From Nannocystales bacterium (GTDB lineage Bacteria; Myxococcota_A; Polyangia; Nannocystales; Nannocystaceae), in NCBI GenBank assembly GCA_050633305.1, contig JBOEGF010000018.1:320001-384000 (forward strand): a stretch of DNA of 64,000 nt. The letters are read 5' to 3'. The position numbers and the translations under genes were made by a program. Below are positions 57,311 to 64,000 of the stretch, piece by piece. The notes beneath the pieces are model-generated. The model searched no databases. It was not told the DNA's origin and worked only from the letters and a program-made list of their open reading frames with translations. Every line of letters begins with the position of its first letter. Position 1 is the stretch's first letter.

Positions 57311-60300
57311 TCAAAGCCGTTCGTGCGACTCGGACATCATGGATTGCAAGGCCTCCAGGGGTCGTTGGACCCGCGTCCGGGTGTGCAGCCAGTCGGCGAA
57401 GTCCTCTGGGGTCCGGGGCGCTGCGGCCCCCCACCGGCGCAGTGTCCCAGGCTGCGGGACGTCGATCCAGCCCCCACCGTCGGCCCAGGCGAGCGGGCTG
57501 ACCGGGCGGGGTAGCGTTCGACGTTGTCCCGAGTCGAGGTCGAGAAGGGTGACCTCGGCGACCGCGACTTGCGCCACCCAGAGCTGGCGGCCGCCGGGCG
57601 CCACATGCACTTCGGTGGCGCTCTGCCCCTGTAAAAGGTCCGCCGGCAGCCGGACAAAGTGATCCTGAGCGAGCTGCCACAGCAGGACGCGTCCTGTTGA
57701 CGTCTCCAGCACGACGCCCGCGCGGTCTGCCGTCGCGAACAGTCGTCGTAGTCCGACTTCCTCGAACAGGGTGTGCAGGCCACCGTCATCTCCCCGTTGA
57801 CCGACGTACAACGCGGACGTACGCCCGCCGGCCGCGAAAGCGGCAATGCGCAGGGCTCCGTCTGGATCAAAGGCCGTGGCGAGTAAGCCTCCGCGATTGG
57901 GTGGTCGTACTTGGCCCTGCTCCCCGCTGGCGGCATCCCAGAACGAGACGTGGTGTTGGTGCACAACCGCGACACGGTCTCCGGTGCGTGAGATGAGCAG
58001 TCCTTCTGGGTCGCCTCCGGTGGTCCCCAGAGTCCTTGCGGGTCGGCCGTCGGATGGATGGACTGCCAGATGGCACGTCGAGCTGTCGAACGGGCAGGCC
58101 AGCTTGGCCAATGTGGATCCATCCGCGGACCATACGTAGGGCCCCAAGGCGCTGTTGTCCTCCGAGCCCAGCGCCCGCACCTGCGTCGGCTCATCGAGGT
58201 CGAGAACATGCAACCTGCCGTCCGGGCTTTCGACGGCGATGTAGCGCTGGTCGTGACTCGCGACGCTCGCACGCACCTGTGTCGGAAGATCCACAACGGT
58301 CCGGGCATCGCTCCCCGGTGTGCTCTCGAGCACGACGCCGTCCGAGCTGACCACGAAAACACGCTCCGCTCGAGGGTGGACGCCCACGATGTCGGCCTCG
58401 GTATGCAGGTCGATCCGGCGATCTCCCGTCGCACGCAGGCCCGTGTCGTCCAGCCCGGTCCTCCACAATGTGATCCCGGTGGCGCTGCCTCCCGCTGCCC
58501 AGTGGCCTTCACGCGAGACTGCCAGGCCCGAGATCCTATCCCCAACTTCCAGCGGGAGTGTCGTGCCGTCTGCGAACGTCGTGAGTGCGCCCCGCGGACC
58601 GACGGCGACCTGGGTCTGTGCGTCGCGGGACCTTGCGACCCGGTGCACGTCTCCAGGCACTGGAGCTGCAGCCTCGGTACCCTGAGTTCCATCCCACGCC
58701 GCCGGTCCACCAGAGGTCAGGGCGACGACGCATTCCTCCTCGGGAAACCACACGAGTTCTTGGATCGCGCGGTCGATACCCATCGTCCGATGTGTCTTCT
58801 TCGAGAGAAAGGATAGGCTGACTCGACCGCTCCTGTCCCCGGAGGCTAGTGTGTTGGAGGACGGGTGGAAGGCGAGGGCTCCCACGGCTGCTGCGTGTTC
58901 CCTGAGGATCACGGTCGCGTCGCCGCGCAGGACGTAGACGGTCCCGTCTTCCGCTCCGATCGCGGTCCGGCCCTCGCCGTCGGTCGCGAGGGCCGTCAGA
59001 GGGCCGTCGTGAACACGACGGGTGGCCGGAACGTTGGATGCTGGTTCGAGCGTCGCCAACATGCCGCCCGTCAGCAGGATGCGTAGCTGCCCCGTGGCGG
59101 TGAGTGCGATGTCGACCGGCTTCGCGTCAAGGCGGACCGTCTCGGAATCGGATGACTGCGGTGTCGTCCAGCGTAGGATCGAGCCGTCTTCGGTCAGCGC
59201 GGCGAGATGGTTCGAACCCGGAGAAAAGACGACACGGCGCACCGGTGTTGTCGTGGTGTGCATCGCGAAGACCGGCCCTTGCCGGATCGCGTCGGCGGCG
59301 GATGCCCTCGCGGCTGGGAGCCAGCTGGTGTCGGACATCGACAAGTGTTTCAGCCCGGCGAGGACCGCCGTAGGGCTGTCCGACGACGCGGCATGGGCCA
59401 GGAGCAGGTCGTTCCACCGCTGGGGGAGCGTGCGAGCCTGTAGACGCTTGAGTTCTGCCTCTGCTTCAGGGTCCTGGGATGCGTCGAACTCGGCTCGAAT
59501 GCGAATGCCTTCCGGAGACAAAGCGTCGGACCCCGAGGGCGACCAGAGCACGGAGCCCCCGAGCACGATCGAAGCCAACCCCAGTCCCCAGGCAGCCGTG
59601 CGCCACCGGCCGCGCGAGCTCGGCAGGGCGAGGTCGGCCAGCAGTGCCTCCATCGTCGGAAAACGGTCCTCGGGGTCGACGCTTAGGCCTCGAACGAGTG
59701 CCTTGTGAACACTCGAGGGAACGGCGGTATAGCGCGGCGCGGGCTCGACCCTGCCCTCGAGAACGTTGAGGCGGAGCTCGTCGATGCGCTCCCCCGCGAA
59801 TGCTCGATAGCCGTACAAGGCTTCGAACAACGACGAGCAAAAGGCGTACTGGTCTGTGCGCGGCTCAGTGGGTTGGGCCAGATGTTGCTCCGGGGCCATG
59901 TAGGCCGGCGTCCCCATGATGACCCCGGTGCGGGTGAGCGAGGGTTCCGCGTCAGGGCTGTGCGTCTCGGCGTCGTGTCCCGGCTCGATCTGCCCGTCGG
60001 TTCGCGCCAACCCAAAGTCGACCACGCGCACAACGAGGTCGGCTGCGCGAACCAGGACGTTGTCGGCCTTGAAATCGCGATGCACGATGCCGGCGGCGTG
60101 GGCGGCACACAGGCCTCGCCCGGCATCGAGGTAGCGCGCGAGAATCTCCCTCCAGTCCCGCGAGGGTTGCCACTGCTTGAGCGTGCTTCCCTCCACGTAC
60201 TCCATTGCCACGAAGACCTCTTCTTCGTGGGTCCCCACCTCGTACACTTGGATGACGCTGCGATGGGAGAGCCGCGCGATCGCTTGGGCCTCTCGGAGCA

Positions 60301-60649
60301 ACCGTTGGCGGGCCGTGTGCGTGACCGGGCCGTGTCCCGCGCGCAGCAGTTTGACCGCGACCTTGCGATCGAGTTTGTCGTCGTAGGCCGCGTATACGAC
60401 TCCCATGCCGCCGGCACCGATTCGCTTGATGACCACGTACCGGCCGATGCGGGTCGGCCCCTGTGAAGTAGGCCGCGCGGGGCGGTCCGGGTCCGGGTCG
60501 ACCGTGTCGGGCGCAGCGTCGAACAGACGAGCCTTCACGCCTGCTCGAATGTTGCCGATCCACTCGCGTGACTCGTCGGAGCCCGGGGCAGCTGGGCTCG
60601 GCGCCGCCTCACCCGGCGGCAGGGTGGGGTCGGTTTCGAGGGCCACCAC
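57311..60649 (-). CDS. Ser/Thr protein kinase with WD40-like propellers
   Basis: GAGGMGVVY, HRDFKADN, DFG, GTPAYMAPE; TM; repeated beta-propeller motifs. Confidence 0.92.
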   Translation of the reverse strand: MVALETDPTLPPGEAAPSPAAPGSDESREWIGNIRAGVKARLFDAAPDTVDPDPDRPARPTSQGPTRIGRYVVIKRIGAGGMGVVYAAYDDKLDRKVAVKLLRAGHGPVTHTARQRLLREAQAIARLSHRSVIQVYEVGTHEEEVFVAMEYVEGSTLKQWQPSRDWREILARYLDAGRGLCAAHAAGIVHRDFKADNVLVRAADLVVRVVDFGLARTDGQIEPGHDAETHSPDAEPSLTRTGVIMGTPAYMAPEQHLAQPTEPRTDQYAFCSSLFEALYGYRAFAGERIDELRLNVLEGRVEPAPRYTAVPSSVHKALVRGLSVDPEDRFPTMEALLADLALPSSRGRWRTAAWGLGLASIVLGGSVLWSPSGSDALSPEGIRIRAEFDASQDPEAEAELKRLQARTLPQRWNDLLLAHAASSDSPTAVLAGLKHLSMSDTSWLPAARASAADAIRQGPVFAMHTTTTPVRRVVFSPGSNHLAALTEDGSILRWTTPQSSDSETVRLDAKPVDIALTATGQLRILLTGGMLATLEPASNVPATRRVHDGPLTALATDGEGRTAIGAEDGTVYVLRGDATVILREHAAAVGALAFHPSSNTLASGDRSGRVSLSFLSKKTHRTMGIDRAIQELVWFPEEECVVALTSGGPAAWDGTQGTEAAAPVPGDVHRVARSRDAQTQVAVGPRGALTTFADGTTLPLEVGDRISGLAVSREGHWAAGGSATGITLWRTGLDDTGLRATGDRRIDLHTEADIVGVHPRAERVFVVSSDGVVLESTPGSDARTVVDLPTQVRASVASHDQRYIAVESPDGRLHVLDLDEPTQVRALGSEDNSALGPYVWSADGSTLAKLACPFDSSTCHLAVHPSDGRPARTLGTTGGDPEGLLISRTGDRVAVVHQHHVSFWDAASGEQGQVRPPNRGGLLATAFDPDGALRIAAFAAGGRTSALYVGQRGDDGGLHTLFEEVGLRRLFATADRAGVVLETSTGRVLLWQLAQDHFVRLPADLLQGQSATEVHVAPGGRQLWVAQVAVAEVTLLDLDSGQRRTLPRPVSPLAWADGGGWIDVPQPGTLRRWGAAAPRTPEDFADWLHTRTRVQRPLEALQSMMSESHERL

Positions 60650-60719
60650 GGTCCAGTTCAGCAGAACCGCAGGCGAGGCGGTAGGTTTCGTCGTTTGCCC
60701 CAGAAAACGGTGGAACGGC

Positions 60720-60750
60720 CCGGTTTACTGCCGGTTTACCGCCGGTTTGC
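60720..60750. promoter_or_regulatory. Three 11-bp-period direct repeats (OmpR/CpxR-type box)
   Basis: ccggtttac at 60720 and 60731, ccggtttgc at 60742. Confidence 0.65.
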
Positions 60751-60797
60751 GGCTGTGCCCCAGGTTCGCGGGTCACGATCTCCAGACTGGATCGCCT

Positions 60798-61340
60798 ATG
60801 AACTCTTTGCTCCGCGCCACCGCTTTCTCTCTTCCGCTCCTCCTCGGAGTCTCTTCCACTGCCCTCGCGGCGGCTCCCGATGCGTTGGCTCAAACCGCAA
60901 GCCAGGGCAAGAAGGGCAAGAAGGGCAAGGCCGGGAAACAGGCCCGCGGGTTGTGTGCGCAGCTGTCGTGTACCGACGCCCAGAGCGAGCAGGTCGGTGC
61001 GCACCTGCAGGCGCTACGAGAACGACAGAGCTCCGCGAGAGTCGGGCAGCAAGCGTTGAACACGTCCCTTTCTCGGGAGCTGGCCAAGAACAAGCCGAGC
61101 AAGAAAGAGCTCGCACGCATCCAGAAGGATCTCGCTCGAACGCAGGCGAAGATGACCGAGGCAACCCTCAGCACGCTACTCGACATTCACGCGCTTCTGG
61201 ACCCAACGCAGCGCCAACGCTTGTCCAGCATGGTGGAGCGCGGGGGGCTTCGTCGACTCTTCAAGGGGCCACGCGCCGGGCATGGTCCGGGGAGCCGCAA
61301 GCGCCGGGGTGGCTCCCCGCCCACGAAAACGCCGATCTAG
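60798..61340 (+). CDS. Spy/CpxP-family periplasmic protein
   Basis: Signal peptide; LTxxQ-like motifs CTDAQ and LLDPTQR. Confidence 0.75.
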   Translation: MNSLLRATAFSLPLLLGVSSTALAAAPDALAQTASQGKKGKKGKAGKQARGLCAQLSCTDAQSEQVGAHLQALRERQSSARVGQQALNTSLSRELAKNKPSKKELARIQKDLARTQAKMTEATLSTLLDIHALLDPTQRQRLSSMVERGGLRRLFKGPRAGHGPGSRKRRGGSPPTKTPI

Positions 61341-61427
61341 GGCCGACGTCTTCGACTCGGGCGCAAACTCAGGGCTCGCACGTGTAGACGGGAACTTTCT
61401 CGTTCGCCGAACGGTGGGACAGGACAC

Positions 61428-61973
61428 ATGCGAATGTCCGCGACCCCATGGGTGGGCGTGGCGTTGGGGTTGATGTGCGCCGTGGGGTGTCCTCAATCCG
61501 ACGTCGGCGCTCCGTGTCAGCACGCCCAGCAAGACGTGCCTTCCGAGCCGGTCATCTCATTCCCATCGCTGGCCTGTGATCAGTTGCTGTGCGTGTTCGG
61601 GGAGACGATCAAGGCGCCGCCGGATCGATGCGAGTCCGACTCGGACTGTACAGAGATGGCAGGTGGGGTCGAGTCGTTCGTCTGCGAAGACAACCGGTGC
61701 ACCGTCGCGCAGCAAACGGTGCTCGAACGTTCCATGTGTTCGACGACCTGCGAGTCAGACGTCGAGTGTGAGTCGTTCGTCGACGGGACGCGCTGCGACA
61801 CGGGGTTCACGTGCGCACCTTTGATGTCGCTTGGAGACTTCTGCTGTCAGAAAGTCTGCGTGTGCCGTGACGGGCTCGACGTCGCGGGTTCGGAGACGCT
61901 TGAAGCGGCGTGTGAGGCCAGCGACGTGCCCGGCTGTTGTGACCGGGACCCACTCCCACGAGGCTGTGGCTGA
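61428..61973 (+). CDS. Cys-rich lipoprotein resembling gliding protein CglC
   Basis: Lipobox AVGC; SDVGAPC..ISFPSLACDQLLCV..CSTTCESDVEC..CCQKVCVC. Confidence 0.65.
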   Translation: MRMSATPWVGVALGLMCAVGCPQSDVGAPCQHAQQDVPSEPVISFPSLACDQLLCVFGETIKAPPDRCESDSDCTEMAGGVESFVCEDNRCTVAQQTVLERSMCSTTCESDVECESFVDGTRCDTGFTCAPLMSLGDFCCQKVCVCRDGLDVAGSETLEAACEASDVPGCCDRDPLPRGCG

Positions 61974-62173
61974 AGGTTCGCGGGCTGCGCCGCCCCCGCC
62001 CGGAGGATGGCGAGGAAACCTACATCCCCCTCGGGTGTGATGTCCTTGCCCGCAGGCCGCCGTTTCTGGCGGTTCTCGGGGCGCCGGGATGGACTCGCCG
62101 AAAAATACCGCCGATCGGAAGGCGTTGGCTCCACACTACAAGGGGTGTCTCGAAAGAGGCGCACGACTGGTGT

Positions 62174-63391
62174 ATGGGGCTCACAGCGGCATTGCTGGCG
62201 ACCGCGTTCACGTTCGGACCGAGCGTGTCTGTGGAAGTCGTGGCGCAGGGCCCCCACGCCGACGACGCCACAGCCCTGGGAGGCTGGCTTGTTCAGCGCC
62301 TCATCGAAGAGGGCTACACGATCGCACCGGCCGAACACGCCGACCAGGTTCTCACGCTGCAGGCCGATGCCGACGCGGTCACCGTGCATGGCGGAACGGA
62401 AGCCTTCGAGATCGAGCCCGGCGCGCCGGCGGTCATGAGGCTCGAGGCATTGCACCGGGCGCGGTTGTTGCTGGAGCACGCGGCCGAAGCCCAGGTCGAG
62501 CCCCCACATCCGTTGGCCTCCGAAGTCTTGGGCATGCGTACGCAGGCCGAGGCGCCCGAAGGCGCAGCGGGCGTGTTGGAGTCGGCGTTGCTGCAGTCAG
62601 GCTACGTGCTCACCCCGCGACCCCGGCCGGGCGACCCGGTGCTGTGCGTGGTCCATACCGACGCCCGACTTGGCGCTTCGATGACGCAGGGAGGGTCCGC
62701 GTGTCCCGACCCCGCCATCTACGTGACGTACGCAGAGTTGCAGCAGCCCGAGGGGGCCGATGCGATCGTGACCCTCATCGAAGGTGCCTCCACGCCCGAG
62801 TCGCCGCCGGTCCGCTCCGCGCCGTTGCCCAGTCCGCCCAGCACGACCGACGAGCCTCCCGCGACGGCGCAGCCCGAACGGTCCGAGGAGAAAACGGGCT
62901 TTATCAGCAAGGAGTCGGAGTTTCGGCTCGGCGCGGACGCCGGCGCGGTGGCGCGTGGCGATGTGGATGCCTACGCCCGCACACACATGCGGCTGGGCAA
63001 GCTCCAGGGTCCGGGAGGTCAGTTGCATGTCGGGATCATTCCATCGCGTTCGGGGTCGGTCCGCGCCCTCGACACCACGCTTGCGGTCGGTCCCGACGTT
63101 CGCTTCGGGCGGCGTCGCTTTGGGGCCGAAGTCGGCCTCGTCGTGGGGGCGCTCGTACACGCTTACGCCGACGAGTCCGTTCGTGGCGGTTCCGCCAGCT
63201 GGTACGTCGGCCTCCCCGCATCGGTCTCGTTGGGTCGCCGCTGGGACCGGATGCGCGTGCACTTGTTTACCGAGGGCTTCATGACCGGCGGTCGTCTGCA
63301 GCACATCCGCGACAACGCACCCAACTGGGCTCGATCGGCCTGGGGGGTCCGTGCGGGGTTGGGCGTCACCTGGGGCTGGAACATCAAATGA
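62174..63391 (+). CDS. Exported hypothetical protein with beta-barrel-like C-terminus
   Basis: Signal peptide; alternating beta strands ending AGLGVTWGW; ATGA overlap with the ECF gene. Confidence 0.7.
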   Translation: MGLTAALLATAFTFGPSVSVEVVAQGPHADDATALGGWLVQRLIEEGYTIAPAEHADQVLTLQADADAVTVHGGTEAFEIEPGAPAVMRLEALHRARLLLEHAAEAQVEPPHPLASEVLGMRTQAEAPEGAAGVLESALLQSGYVLTPRPRPGDPVLCVVHTDARLGASMTQGGSACPDPAIYVTYAELQQPEGADAIVTLIEGASTPESPPVRSAPLPSPPSTTDEPPATAQPERSEEKTGFISKESEFRLGADAGAVARGDVDAYARTHMRLGKLQGPGGQLHVGIIPSRSGSVRALDTTLAVGPDVRFGRRRFGAEVGLVVGALVHAYADESVRGGSASWYVGLPASVSLGRRWDRMRVHLFTEGFMTGGRLQHIRDNAPNWARSAWGVRAGLGVTWGWNIK

Positions 63392-63960
63392 GCGACCCGT
63401 TGCCCCACACGGTCGATGGTGTTGTAACCCCGGCCCTCACGCGGACTGAGCGGGTCGAGGCCCTGTACCTGCAGCATCGCGAATTCGTCTATCGCCTGGC
63501 TCTGCGCTACGGATCCGGGAGCCATGCGTGGGCCGAAGACGTGGCCCAAGAGGTGTTCGTTCGTCTGTTCGACGTACTCGACTCGCTCGACGAGCGGGCG
63601 GAGCACGGCGGGATGGAGCCCTGGTTCTACCGGGTGACCACCAACCGATGCCTCAACCGTCTTCGGGCAGAGCGGCTGCGCAACGCGGCGCCGGTGCGGT
63701 GGTTGCTGGGCCGTCGCAACACCGACCCTCGTGACCCCGAGCGAGTCACCGCGGCGCGCCAAGGGCTGCAACAGGCCTCGGCCGTGATGGCGAGCCTTCC
63801 ACCGAAGGAGCGGGTCGCGTTCTCGATGCATGTGCTCGACGGAAAAAAGCAGATCGAGATCGCGGAGGTTCTCGGGCACAGCAAGGGCTACGTCTCCAAG
63901 CTGATCGCGCGGGCCGAGGATCGTGTCCGCGCTGCAGGATGGGAGTTGCCCGATGCCTGA
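63388..63960 (+). CDS. ECF RNA polymerase sigma-70 factor
   Basis: AEDVAQEVF, WFYRVTTNRCLNRLR, EIAEVLGHSKGYVSKLI. Confidence 0.9.
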   Translation: MSDPLPHTVDGVVTPALTRTERVEALYLQHREFVYRLALRYGSGSHAWAEDVAQEVFVRLFDVLDSLDERAEHGGMEPWFYRVTTNRCLNRLRAERLRNAAPVRWLLGRRNTDPRDPERVTAARQGLQQASAVMASLPPKERVAFSMHVLDGKKQIEIAEVLGHSKGYVSKLIARAEDRVRAAGWELPDA

Positions 63961-64000
63961 TCACGAGCACAATCCCGACCCGCGGCAAGACCTGGTGGCG
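63953..64000 (+). CDS. Start of next gene, possibly an anti-sigma factor (truncated)
   Basis: ATG overlaps the ECF 3' end; frame stays open to the window edge. Confidence 0.35.
   Translation, partial: MPDHEHNPDPRQDLVA

Overview
High-GC, gene-dense window. Gene content (many Ser/Thr/Asp-linker lipoproteins, eukaryote-like Ser/Thr kinases, ECF sigmas, CglC-like, GspC-like and steroid 5-alpha-reductase-like genes) suggests a myxobacterium, probably Nannocystaceae-like; this is inference. About 55 CDS: a tandem GH13 amylase pair, sigma factors, a clan-CD protease, an alpha-2-macroglobulin (a2m) with intact CxEQ thioester motif, cytochromes c, TetR/ALDH, ArfB, Mini-III RNase, lipid enzymes, an orphan VgrG plus partner, and three kinases. 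No rRNA, tRNA, CRISPR array, integrase, transposase or reverse transcriptase was recognised. The most notable signals are non-coding. (1) A ~300-nt minus-strand candidate RNA (41.8-42.1 kb) sits behind a consensus sigma-54 promoter and carries 19 CUU triplets, including three GCUUANCUUGAA copies spaced 61 and 121 nt apart. (2) A 36-bp direct repeat (22-bp exact core) duplicates the a2m stop-codon region 8.3 kb away and brackets an integrase-less cargo block whose spacers hold three different inverted-repeat-bounded elements. (3) A second structured sRNA candidate (4.86-5.10 kb) has C-rich segments and its own terminator. All calls were made by eye from motifs, without database searches, and many start codons are estimates.
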